Assembly (NCBI GenBank): GCA_016788665.1
Contig: JAEUSF010000002.1
Coordinates: 73,387 to 137,386 of the forward strand
Source: Candidatus Doudnabacteria bacterium
GTDB lineage: Bacteria > Patescibacteriota > Doudnabacteria > UBA920
Direction: 5' to 3'
DNA: 64,000 bases
Shown here: in pieces, positions 18,981 through 28,191 of the stretch
Layout: each line of letters starts with the position of its first letter
Numbering within the stretch: the first letter of the stretch is position 1
Position numbers and translations under genes: made by a program
The notes under the pieces: model-generated
Told to the model about the DNA's origin: nothing
The model's database searches: none
What the model saw: the letters and a program-made list of their open reading frames with translations, nothing else

Positions 18981-19510
18981 AGATATCGCTGATTAATCGC
19001 TGATAGTTACGCAGATAGACCGCTGATTTTTCTGCCCTACTTCAGCAATTGTTGTAATTCAGCTCAACTTTAGTATTTAACAAAAGCTAGTAGCCATTCT
19101 ACCACGAAAGTCAATACAGGTTCAAGAGTTAGGGCAAAAACTTCATGAAAATAAAAAAACCGCGCTTTTTTAAAACACGGCATGAACCTTAGGCTTTGAG
19201 GGAAAAAATTACGGCGACTTGCCGCTGATTTGTTCCCCACCAGCAAAAAGCTTTAACTTCCACCTCCCGGTAGTTCCTCCGCGCCAACTCGGCGCAAAGG
19301 GACGGAAGTATTTCAGGCACTTCGGCCTGATATGAAAAGCTAAGCTCGAACAGCTCGAGGCGGTCCCACGGGGTCCCTTCTACCCAACCTTCTACCCACC
19401 TCACGACGCAACGAGGAAGCCGGTTTTTCCTTTCAACAAACTCCTCTTTAGTCATGCACAAAAGTTAGCAAATTATAGACACCAAGTCAACATAAAAGTA
19501 TAATTAATTC

Positions 19511-21466
19511 ATGGACATTTCAGAAAAATACAAGCAGTTAAAAATCAGCTCTCTACCCACTTCGCCGGGCATCTATATATATAAAGACAAGGCAGATAGG
19601 ATTATTTACATTGGCAAAGCCAAAAACTTACGAGCGCGGGTAAAACAATATTTTCAAAACCACGACACCCGACCCCAAATCCCCTATCTTTTAAAAGACC
19701 TAATGTCACTGGACTACACTGTGGTAAGTTCCGAGCTGGAAAGTTTATATTTGGAAAGAACCTTAATCCAAAAACACCGCCCAAAGTACAACATAGAACT
19801 CAGGGATGACAAGTCATACACTTTTCTAGCGTTTGACTATAGCACAGAAATTCCCCAAATTTTAATTACACGAAGGATTGAAGAAAATAAATTTGAAAAA
19901 AGAAATTTTAGAGACGAAGGTAAACAGCCCCCTACCAGCTACCAGCTACAAGCTACTCACTATTTTGGCCCCTACTCTGCCGCTTACAAAGTCCGGGAAG
20001 TTCTAAAAACTATCCGCTATATTTTCCCGTACTGCTCAAATGCCAAGGTTTCAAAAAAACCCTGCTTTTACTTTCACCTGCATAGATGTCCCGGTGTTTG
20101 CGTTGGCCAAATGAGCCTTTCGGAATACAAGGCTCATTTAGAAAAAATAAAACTTTTTTTAAAGGGCAATTTTTCTCAAATTAAAAAAGAATTATCTAGC
20201 GAAATGAAGCAAGCCGCCTCAATACGCCTGTTTGAAAAAGCCGCGCGTTTCAGAAACCAAATCCGAGCTTTAGAGCTTCTGGAACAAAAGCAGCATGTTA
20301 TATTGCCCAAAAAAGTTTCCTGGGACGTTATTACTATGGCTTTTGAATCTAACACATACTGCATAAACCTTTTCAAAATTCGCGAAGGAAAACTAAGCGA
20401 CAAGCAGGATTTTGTTTTTGAAAATCATAAAAACTTGGCTCCGGAAACTTCGAAACCCGAAATTTTACAAAAATTTTTAGAAACTTACTACTTTGAAACC
20501 AGCGACCGTCCAGATAAAATTTATTTGGAATTTAAAAGCGAAAACGAATATATTATTTCAGACCTACTATACGACCGCTTTGGTAAAAAAACTAGAATTC
20601 AACAAGCAACACAGCAAGAACCTTTGTCGCTTCTAAAAATTTCCAAACAAAACGCTCAGGAATTTTTAAGGAGACATTTGGAAAGAACAGCGTCCGAATC
20701 TGACAAAGTTCAGGCGGGCATTTTACAGCTACAAGAAATTTTAAAGTTACCAGTCATCCCCCGACGCATTGAATGTTATGATATTTCCAATACCCAAGGC
20801 ACTAATCCCGTAGGAAGCATGGTGGTTTTTGAAAATGGCAAACCAGCCAAATCTCAATACAGAAAGTTTAAAATTCAAAGTAAAAATACACCTGATGACT
20901 TCACCATGATGAAAGAAATGCTCACCAGACGCTTTCTAAGAAGCGAAGGGGGGCTCCAAATTCCAAATTCTAACGAGCCCAATATAAAAAAAGTATCGAC
21001 TGCTCAACCACCCGCTACCAATCATAAATCGAGCTGGCCAATACCAGACTTGGTCGTCATAGACGGAGGCAAAGGACAACTTAACGCCGCACTTGAAACT
21101 CTGCAAAAATTTGAAATTTCGAATTTTAAGTTTCAAACCATAGGCCTTGCAAAAAGGATTGAAGAAATTTTCTTGCCAGGCAAGAGCAAGCCCATAGTAC
21201 TTTCACATTCCGAACCCGCCTTGCAAATGCTACAAAGGATTCGAGACGAAGCACACAGATTTGGAATTACTTTCCACCGCCTTCTTAGGTCAAAGCAAGC
21301 TGTTAAATCTGCTCTCGACGAGATACCAGGGGTTGGCATAAAAACAAAAAGGCTTTTAAAACAAAAATTCGGCACAGTCTCAAACATAAAAAATACCAGT
21401 TTAGAAGAACTTACTAATACAGTGGGCGAAAAATTAGCAAAAAAAATTAAGGAAAGTTTAAGTTAA
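19511..21466 (+). CDS. uvrC: Excinuclease ABC subunit C
   Basis: GIY-YIG N-terminus (GIYIYKDKADRIIYIGKAKNLRARV), UvrBC homology and a C-terminal RNase H-like/HhH region. Confidence 0.95.
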   Translation: MDISEKYKQLKISSLPTSPGIYIYKDKADRIIYIGKAKNLRARVKQYFQNHDTRPQIPYLLKDLMSLDYTVVSSELESLYLERTLIQKHRPKYNIELRDDKSYTFLAFDYSTEIPQILITRRIEENKFEKRNFRDEGKQPPTSYQLQATHYFGPYSAAYKVREVLKTIRYIFPYCSNAKVSKKPCFYFHLHRCPGVCVGQMSLSEYKAHLEKIKLFLKGNFSQIKKELSSEMKQAASIRLFEKAARFRNQIRALELLEQKQHVILPKKVSWDVITMAFESNTYCINLFKIREGKLSDKQDFVFENHKNLAPETSKPEILQKFLETYYFETSDRPDKIYLEFKSENEYIISDLLYDRFGKKTRIQQATQQEPLSLLKISKQNAQEFLRRHLERTASESDKVQAGILQLQEILKLPVIPRRIECYDISNTQGTNPVGSMVVFENGKPAKSQYRKFKIQSKNTPDDFTMMKEMLTRRFLRSEGGLQIPNSNEPNIKKVSTAQPPATNHKSSWPIPDLVVIDGGKGQLNAALETLQKFEISNFKFQTIGLAKRIEEIFLPGKSKPIVLSHSEPALQMLQRIRDEAHRFGITFHRLLRSKQAVKSALDEIPGVGIKTKRLLKQKFGTVSNIKNTSLEELTNTVGEKLAKKIKESLS

Positions 21467-21622
21467 ACTACTATATTAAGACAACGCGGCCAATTGCTAA
21501 ATAAAATACAGAATTGATTTTGCGTTTTAACTTCTTTCTTAGCTTGGTAGCCAACAATTGACAAATGCCTAACTATTTTGTACAATAATCCAGTCATTTT
21601 ATATTGTTGATTTTAAAAAAAT

Positions 21623-21838
21623 ATGAGACAAATATTGCAATTTATAGACATTTTAGTGATGGTTCTCCTAATTACCATAATTTCCCTTCAAAATAAATCT
21701 TCAGGCTTATCCAATGTGTTTGGAGGCTCCGGCAATATTGTGGCCACTCGAAGAGGTTTTGAAAAGTGGCTTTTCTACTCGACCATTGTTATTGGAAGCT
21801 TGTTCGTAATAATAAACATTTCTTTTCTGTTTTTATAA
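21623..21838 (+). CDS. secG: Preprotein translocase subunit SecG
   Basis: 71 aa with two TM segments and a SecG-like central GGSGNIVATRRGFE segment. Promoter TTGACA-17-TACAAT at 21558-21586. Confidence 0.65.
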   Translation: MRQILQFIDILVMVLLITIISLQNKSSGLSNVFGGSGNIVATRRGFEKWLFYSTIVIGSLFVIINISFLFL

Positions 21839-21910
21839 ACAAACCCCTTTTTAGACTCTAACTCCCCTTAAAATACAGTTCATGGTTCAGGGAAAATTAG
21901 CGTCAACAAA

Positions 21911-23635
21911 ATGAACGGCTACTCATACAATCCAATACCACTTTTAAAGCAAGTCTCAAAAGGATTTAAGGCTTTAAAAAACTTTCATCTTTCCGATATT
22001 CGGAAAGTTTTTTCATTAATGGGCAAAACCGAGAAAATTGTGGTTATGACTTTGGCATTGGGAGCTCTGGCAAGCCTAGCGGTTTCTGCCCGAGGTTTTT
22101 ATATAGAACAGACAAAAATCATACCGGCAGTTGGTGGCAGTATAACAGAAGGATTTGTTGGCCAACCGCAATACTTAAATCCTATACTTGCTACAAGCGA
22201 AGTCGATCAAGCTTTAACCAAATTAATATTTTCAGGACTCTATAAATACGGATCTCAAGGTGAAATAATACCTGACCTAGCCGAGGGCATGCCCCAAATA
22301 TCGGAAGACCAGAAAAGCTACACTATAAATATTAAACCCAATGCCATTTGGCACAATAACCAAAAACTTACTGCTGATGATATTGTTTTTACGGTCAATA
22401 TTTTAAAAAATCAGGACTTCAAAAGCCCTCTCAGAGGTTTTTGGCAAAACACCTTGGTGGAAAAAATTTCAGAAAATACCATAAGATTTACAACCAAGGA
22501 TATTTCCGGCCCTTTTATTCACAATCTTACTTTGCCCATAATACCTAAAAATTTATGGGAAAAAATAGATCCCGCCAGCTTCCTTCTGAGTGAAAACAAT
22601 CTAAAAGCCATAGGCTCTGGTCCTTATGCCATTGTACAAATAAACAAACTGCCAAGCGGCAAAATAGAGTCAATCACTTTATCTAGTTTTTCAAACTACC
22701 ATTCTGCCAGGGCAAACATTGAAACCTTCAGCATAAAATTTTACGACTCCGAAACGGACCAATTAAACGCCTTAAGGGGTCACGAAATCGATGCTGCTGG
22801 TATCGTACCACTGTTTGTTGAAGATATCTCACAAATTAGCAAAAACCTTAAAGAGCTCCATGCTGCTATCCCCCAATATCAAATAGCTTACTTTAACCTT
22901 AACGAAGGCCTAACTTCCCAAGATTTTATTCGTAGCGCTTTAACTTTGGCTACCGACAGGGAAAGTCTAATAAAAGAAGCTTTTAATTCCGGCAAGCAGG
23001 CCCCCGAAGACCCGTTAACAAAAAAAACTTTAAGCTCAACTTATAATTTTCAAACAGCTTCAGAAATTTTAGACAAAGCAGGATGGGTTATGCAAAATGG
23101 ACAAAGACAAAAAAATAACCAACCCCTTGGCTTAACCATAACCACAAGCGAGTCGCCCTCTAATATGAAAGCGGCCCAAAGCCTGCAAAAGCAATGGCAA
23201 AATTTAGGTATTCAAGTCAATATTGATATAAAGCCTTCCAAACAACTCATGGATGACGTTATAAAACCGCGGAAATTTCAGGTTCTAATTTTCTCTCAAA
23301 AATTCGGAGCGGACCCAGACCCGTTCTTTTTCTGGCATAGCAGTCAAAGCAAAGACCCAGGGCTTAACCTCACAGGCGTTTCAGATGCCAACTTAGACAA
23401 ATTATTAACCGAAGCCCGAAACACAACAAACTCTGAGAATCGCAATATAAAGTATGCCCAAATCAGCCAAATAATTAACTCTAAAAATTCTGTAATACTC
23501 TTAAACCAAACCGACTATTTTTATTTTATAAACCCTAAGGTACAAAATATAAATATTCAAAACCTTCATGATGTTTCTGCCAGATTTTACGACCTACCAA
23601 ATTGGTATTTAGAAACCAAACGAGTTTGGAAATAA
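21911..23635 (+). CDS. ABC transporter substrate-binding protein, family 5 (oligopeptide/dipeptide/nickel type)
   Basis: 574 aa with an N-terminal TM/signal anchor. Overall SBP_bac_5 architecture. Confidence 0.7.
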   Translation: MNGYSYNPIPLLKQVSKGFKALKNFHLSDIRKVFSLMGKTEKIVVMTLALGALASLAVSARGFYIEQTKIIPAVGGSITEGFVGQPQYLNPILATSEVDQALTKLIFSGLYKYGSQGEIIPDLAEGMPQISEDQKSYTINIKPNAIWHNNQKLTADDIVFTVNILKNQDFKSPLRGFWQNTLVEKISENTIRFTTKDISGPFIHNLTLPIIPKNLWEKIDPASFLLSENNLKAIGSGPYAIVQINKLPSGKIESITLSSFSNYHSARANIETFSIKFYDSETDQLNALRGHEIDAAGIVPLFVEDISQISKNLKELHAAIPQYQIAYFNLNEGLTSQDFIRSALTLATDRESLIKEAFNSGKQAPEDPLTKKTLSSTYNFQTASEILDKAGWVMQNGQRQKNNQPLGLTITTSESPSNMKAAQSLQKQWQNLGIQVNIDIKPSKQLMDDVIKPRKFQVLIFSQKFGADPDPFFFWHSSQSKDPGLNLTGVSDANLDKLLTEARNTTNSENRNIKYAQISQIINSKNSVILLNQTDYFYFINPKVQNINIQNLHDVSARFYDLPNWYLETKRVWK

Positions 23636-23680
23636 AATTTGCAAACAAGATTTAGTCAATTTTTTATATAAACAACACAG

Positions 23681-23767
23681 GCCCAGGTGGCGGAATTGGT
23701 ATACGCGCACGTTTCAGGTACGTGTGGGAGTAATCCCGTGGAGGTTCGAGTCCTCTCCTGGGCACCA
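23681..23767 (+). tRNA. tRNA-Leu (anticodon CAG), class II with a long variable arm, CCA encoded
   Basis: Acceptor stem GCCCAGG/CCTGGGC, anticodon stem CACGT/ACGTG with loop TTCAGGT (U33, CAG, G37), T arm GGAGGTTCGAGTCCTCT, and 3' ACCA. Confidence 0.85.
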
Positions 23768-24173
23768 AAATATTACAAGTAGAGTATCACCCTTTTGGTG
23801 ATCTCCCGAAGGGATGACAAATCTCTCCCGCGGCACCATTAAAATAAAACACACTTCTATTTAGCCAACAAATATTCTTAAATCTCGTTTGACAAAACCA
23901 ACAGGTATGCTATAATATATGAAATAAGTTTCTATTCGAAATAAAAATAGTTAATAAACACTATTTAGAATCATCGACATAGGTTTGTAAGCGTCTCGCA
24001 GGGACCCTAGTAAACGTATGCATGAATTTGACTAATGTTTGCTAATTGCGAGCAAATCTTTTTGGTCGGCCGAGTAAGCCACTAAATAAGATTCATTTCC
24101 AAGTTTTTTTTAACCTGGCAGATGACTAATTATTAAGGCCTTTAAACGCAACAAGGCCTAACATTTTTTGTAA

Positions 24174-26009
24174 ATGATAAAGAAACAAATGCCTAAGCGC
24201 TTTGGGCCAACAAAGCCAATGCAGCATATTCCTAAAGACGACGGGGTCAACAAAACCGACCCAAATCGTTTAGATATGCTCATACAAAAAGCCACTAGCC
24301 TGGCTTCCAATTTAACCACCAGTAGACACACTTCGAGCAGGCAGAATTTAAGAGTCATCCCCATGGGAGGCGTAGAAGAAGTTGGTGAAAATATGACCGC
24401 CTTTGAATTTGGCGACGATATTATAGTCATAGACATGGGTCTAGCTTTTCCGGACGACACTATGCCTGGAATAGACTATATTATTCCCGACACCAAATGG
24501 CTGGAAGAAAACAAAAAGCGCATACGTGGAGTAATAATCACCCATGGACACTTGGACCACATTGGCGCAGTCCCATACATTTTACCCAAACTCGGTGATC
24601 CGCCAGTCTACACCATGGCTCTAACTGCAGGTTTTATAAAAAAACGCCTAGAAGAGTTTGGTCTTTTAGGTCGCAGCAAAATAAACGTTTTAAATAAAGA
24701 CGACGTTTTAGCACTAGGAAGTTTCAAAATTAGATTCTTCCGACTTAACCACAGCATTCCGGACAGCATGGGACTTTCTATAACAAGTCCAGTCGGACAA
24801 ATTATTTACGCAACTGACTGGAAATTCGACCACACTCCGGCAGATGGAAAGCCAACAGAATTCGACAAAATTGCCCGCTTTGGAGCTGAAGGGGTCTTAC
24901 TATTAATGTCTGACTCTACCAATGCTGTTAAACCAGGTTACTGTGCCTCCGAAAGAGAAATAGGATTAACCATCGAACGAACCTTTGGCGATATAAAAGG
25001 AAGAATTATTTTTGCCAACTTCTCCACTAACATATCGCGTATACAGCAAGTTTTCGATGCAGCCGCCAAATTCAATAGAAAGGTAATTGTCACGGGACGC
25101 TCCTTAGTTAACAACATTGAAATAGCACTCTCTTTAGGCTATTTGAAAATTCAACCTAAAATAATTGTTAAGTCTGAAGCAGCCAAAAAATATCCAGATA
25201 ACCAAATTGTTATTTTAACAACCGGAGCACAAGGCGAAGAAGCGGCCGGACTTGCCCGTATTGCCAGAGGTGACCATAAAACGGTCAAAATAAAAAAAGG
25301 TGACACTACTATAGTTTCAGCGTCCCCCATCCCTGGCAACGAAAGAGCTATTTCCGCCATGCTGTCAAACCTTACCCGACTAGGCTCGCACGTTATTTAC
25401 AACAAAACACTGGACATACACACATCCGGACACGCCCACCAGGAAGAGCTTAAGCTCATGATGGCTTTAACCAAACCAAAGTATTTTATGCCTATACACG
25501 GCGAGCATCACATGATAGTTGCCCACGCTGAACTGGCAAAAACCATGGGCATGCCACCAGAAAATATTTTTACCCTGGACAATGGTCAAATTTTGGAAGT
25601 TGGCAGCGACAAAATTGCCAAGGTTACAACCGATGACAAAATTTCCAGTGGTTATGTATTTATTGATGGTCTTGGAGTTGGAGATGTTGGAGAAGTAGTC
25701 ATACGCGACAGACAAGTTATGGCCCAAGACGGCATGTTTGTCATAATAATTACTTTAAACCGCAGAGACGGGAAACTTATAAACCAACCTGACATTATTT
25801 CCCGCGGCTTTATTTACATGAAAGGTAACGACGACCTTATAAGAGAAGTAAAGCATGAGGTTAGAAAGCTGGTAGAAACTAAGGGTAAAGAAAAACTTGA
25901 ACCAAACTGGGCATACTTAAGAAATGTAATTCGCGACGAAGTCGGCGAATATCTGTATCAAAAAACCGAAAGACGTCCCATGGTCTTACCGGTCATAATC
26001 GAAATTTAA
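24174..26009 (+). CDS. rnj: Ribonuclease J (metallo-beta-lactamase/beta-CASP) with an N-terminal basic extension of about 60 aa
   Basis: RNase J-type opening RVIPMGGVEEVGENM, motif ITHGHLDHIG, and beta-CASP plus C-terminal domain. Confidence 0.9.
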   Translation: MIKKQMPKRFGPTKPMQHIPKDDGVNKTDPNRLDMLIQKATSLASNLTTSRHTSSRQNLRVIPMGGVEEVGENMTAFEFGDDIIVIDMGLAFPDDTMPGIDYIIPDTKWLEENKKRIRGVIITHGHLDHIGAVPYILPKLGDPPVYTMALTAGFIKKRLEEFGLLGRSKINVLNKDDVLALGSFKIRFFRLNHSIPDSMGLSITSPVGQIIYATDWKFDHTPADGKPTEFDKIARFGAEGVLLLMSDSTNAVKPGYCASEREIGLTIERTFGDIKGRIIFANFSTNISRIQQVFDAAAKFNRKVIVTGRSLVNNIEIALSLGYLKIQPKIIVKSEAAKKYPDNQIVILTTGAQGEEAAGLARIARGDHKTVKIKKGDTTIVSASPIPGNERAISAMLSNLTRLGSHVIYNKTLDIHTSGHAHQEELKLMMALTKPKYFMPIHGEHHMIVAHAELAKTMGMPPENIFTLDNGQILEVGSDKIAKVTTDDKISSGYVFIDGLGVGDVGEVVIRDRQVMAQDGMFVIIITLNRRDGKLINQPDIISRGFIYMKGNDDLIREVKHEVRKLVETKGKEKLEPNWAYLRNVIRDEVGEYLYQKTERRPMVLPVIIEI

Positions 26010-26012
26010 AAA

Positions 26013-26749
26013 GATGGGAGTCTTCTGGAAGACTCCCATCTTTTTTATTCGTCAATTAACAATTTTTCTAAATCTTTTCGCTCCCTGATTCTCTCGTAAC
26101 TATTTTCTACAAAACTTTCATAGCCATCGCTCGATTGCATATCTAAGATAAACTTTTTTTCACATAAAGTACCATTCCGCACACCCAAATAATCTAAATA
26201 GCTGCTCCATTGATACTTTTTAAGGCTCTCAACAATGCCTGAAACTTTTGGGTTCTGGTGTATATAAGCCGAAAGCCAAGCTAATTGGGAATCATTTTTT
26301 ATCAGCACTGACTTGAAAGCATCTTGGAAAAGATGCCCCACTCTACCATACTTCTTGTTAAAATATTTACTATAGCTGGTACAAATTTTAGAAACTAACT
26401 TACTTATTTCTGTATCTCCGTTTTGTCGGATTAATAAATGAAAATGGTTTGGCATTAAGCAATAACACAATAGTGTAAAAGCATCTGCTGGCAAACTTTT
26501 TCTTATATAGGAACCTCCAAGGTTTTTTTCGGCAAACGGCATGTTTTTTAAGGGAAATAAATTTTCTTTTAACCTGTAAAGAAAAAACTTAAAGTCATCT
26601 TCATCTTTAAAAATATCCATTTTCCCTACGCCACGGTTAAAAACATGATAACAAGCTTTAGGCGCAAAGTTTTTATAATCCCTATTGTTCATAGCCTACT
26701 GCTTATGCTTTAAACAAGTTTTGATGGGAGTCTTCTGGAAGACTCCCAT
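26013..26749. mobile_element. IS200/IS605-family minimal element (or RAYT/REP-like unit): Y1 HUH transposase flanked by identical 28-nt hairpins
   Basis: GATGGGAGTCTTCTGGAAGACTCCCATC occurs at 26013-26040 and again at 26722-26749 in the same orientation. The two copies flank only the tnpA gene, for a total of about 737 bp. Confidence 0.7.
26045..26692 (-). CDS. tnpA: IS200/IS605-family Y1 (HUH) transposase TnpA / REP-associated tyrosine transposase
   Basis: CYHVFNRG near the N-terminus, HUH motif LMPNHFHLL, and catalytic Tyr-containing helix (SYSKYFNKKY). Confidence 0.8.
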   Translation of the reverse strand: MNNRDYKNFAPKACYHVFNRGVGKMDIFKDEDDFKFFLYRLKENLFPLKNMPFAEKNLGGSYIRKSLPADAFTLLCYCLMPNHFHLLIRQNGDTEISKLVSKICTSYSKYFNKKYGRVGHLFQDAFKSVLIKNDSQLAWLSAYIHQNPKVSGIVESLKKYQWSSYLDYLGVRNGTLCEKKFILDMQSSDGYESFVENSYERIRERKDLEKLLIDE

Positions 26750-26774
26750 CATTCCAATATGCTATAATTGTAAC

Positions 26775-27752
26775 ATGAATAAACAAACCGTGGTCGGTGG
26801 TATTAGGCCCACCAACAAACTTCATATTGGCAACTACCTGGGCGCTTTAAAACAGTTTGTAGCTATAAGCAACGACAATCAAATTACCTCTTATTTCTTT
26901 ATTGTTGACCTGCATTCCTTAACCACTCCATTTGAACCAAAAGAACTTAAGACAAACATACTGGATGCTGCGGCCACTTACTTAGCCGCTGGTTTTAACC
27001 CAAAAAATTCCAATCTGTTCATCCAAAGTCATATACCAGAGCATGCTGAATTGGCCTGGATATTTAACTGCATAACTCCTTTAGGCGAACTGGAACGTAT
27101 GACCCAGTTTAAAGAAAAATCCCAACAACACGCAACCAATATTAACGCCGGGCTCTTAAGTTATCCGGTTTTAATGGCAGCCGATATTTTAATATATAAA
27201 CCAAACGGTGTATCGGTAGGAGAAGATCAGGTGCAACACGTTGAGCTGTCACGGGTGATTGCAAGAAAATTCAATAACAAATTTGGCAATACTTTTCCAG
27301 AACCCCAAACTTACATAAGAAAGCCATTGCGTATAATGTCACTCACGGATCCGACTAAAAAAATGAGCAAAACTGGCGACGAAGCCCTAAATATGGACGA
27401 CGAACCAAAAGAAATAGCAAGAAAGCTTAAAAAGGCCGTCACCGCATCAGAACCAGGAAAAAAATCTCCCGGTGAAGAAAACTTAATGTTTTTACTTAAC
27501 CACTTTGGTTCCGAAGAATCGGTACGACACTTTACCGAAGCACAAAACAGTGGCAAACTAAAATATTTTGAGCTCAAAGAAACCTTAGCTCAAAATATTT
27601 CCGACTACTTTGCGGAATTTCGAGAAAAGAAAAAAGAACTACTTTCCAAACCAGATTACTTGGCCCAAGTTTTAGGTGACGGTGCAAGAAAAGCAAGGGA
27701 AACTGCTCACAAAACAATCACCGAAGTCAAACAAAAAATCGGACTCCTATAA
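26775..27752 (+). CDS. trpS: Tryptophan--tRNA ligase (likely start is the ATG at 26775; the ORF is open from 26685)
   Basis: Class I aaRS HIGH-type motif (KLHIGNYLGAL) and KMSKT motif. About 325 aa. TATAAT lies 5 nt upstream of the ATG, leaderless-like. Confidence 0.9.
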   Translation: MNKQTVVGGIRPTNKLHIGNYLGALKQFVAISNDNQITSYFFIVDLHSLTTPFEPKELKTNILDAAATYLAAGFNPKNSNLFIQSHIPEHAELAWIFNCITPLGELERMTQFKEKSQQHATNINAGLLSYPVLMAADILIYKPNGVSVGEDQVQHVELSRVIARKFNNKFGNTFPEPQTYIRKPLRIMSLTDPTKKMSKTGDEALNMDDEPKEIARKLKKAVTASEPGKKSPGEENLMFLLNHFGSEESVRHFTEAQNSGKLKYFELKETLAQNISDYFAEFREKKKELLSKPDYLAQVLGDGARKARETAHKTITEVKQKIGLL

Positions 27753-27772
27753 TTTTATAGCGGTCCGATTTT

Positions 27773-28162
27773 TTGTTTGAAAAAGTCACAGGAGGATGCT
27801 CCATGTTTACTTGCGTTCTGTGGTTTTCCAAGTTTGTGGAAGTTTCAAGGCACTTCGATAAACTCGTAGCACAAGGCAACTGGGAAGGCATAACTATGCA
27901 TACCCCAAACCAAATGTGGCAACCTCAACAAGTTGGCCGCATGATGCTTATACCGGTTAAGCGAGACATTTTGCCAAAAAACTTCAATGCACGCCAGCAA
28001 CTTCCGATTTTAAAAATCTCTTTTTCTGACCAGTCACCTGTCGCAATAATTAATACGCTGCGCCACTTTGGCGCAATCCGTATCAGCGACACAGGGGTCA
28101 TAATCGACGAAGAATGGCTGGCTAAACTTGTAGGCACCATTGCGCCAAAAGCCGCAGCCTAA
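27773..28162 (+). CDS. Hypothetical protein (probable start ATG at 27803 after AGGAGGA RBS)
   Basis: 119-129 aa with no recognisable motifs. RBS AGGAGGA 7 nt upstream of the ATG. It begins immediately after the trpS terminator hairpin (27736-27772). Confidence 0.35.
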   Translation: MFEKVTGGCSMFTCVLWFSKFVEVSRHFDKLVAQGNWEGITMHTPNQMWQPQQVGRMMLIPVKRDILPKNFNARQQLPILKISFSDQSPVAIINTLRHFGAIRISDTGVIIDEEWLAKLVGTIAPKAAA

Positions 28163-28191
28163 CACTTTCAGACTGTTTACAAACGGTCTTT

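Noticed and set aside
26010-26047. Possible interpretation of the left 28-nt palindrome solely as the rnj intrinsic terminator
   Set aside because: An identical copy occurs 700 bp away on the other side of a Y1 transposase gene. Their pairing with the transposase indicates transposon ends or REP elements that also happen to terminate transcription.
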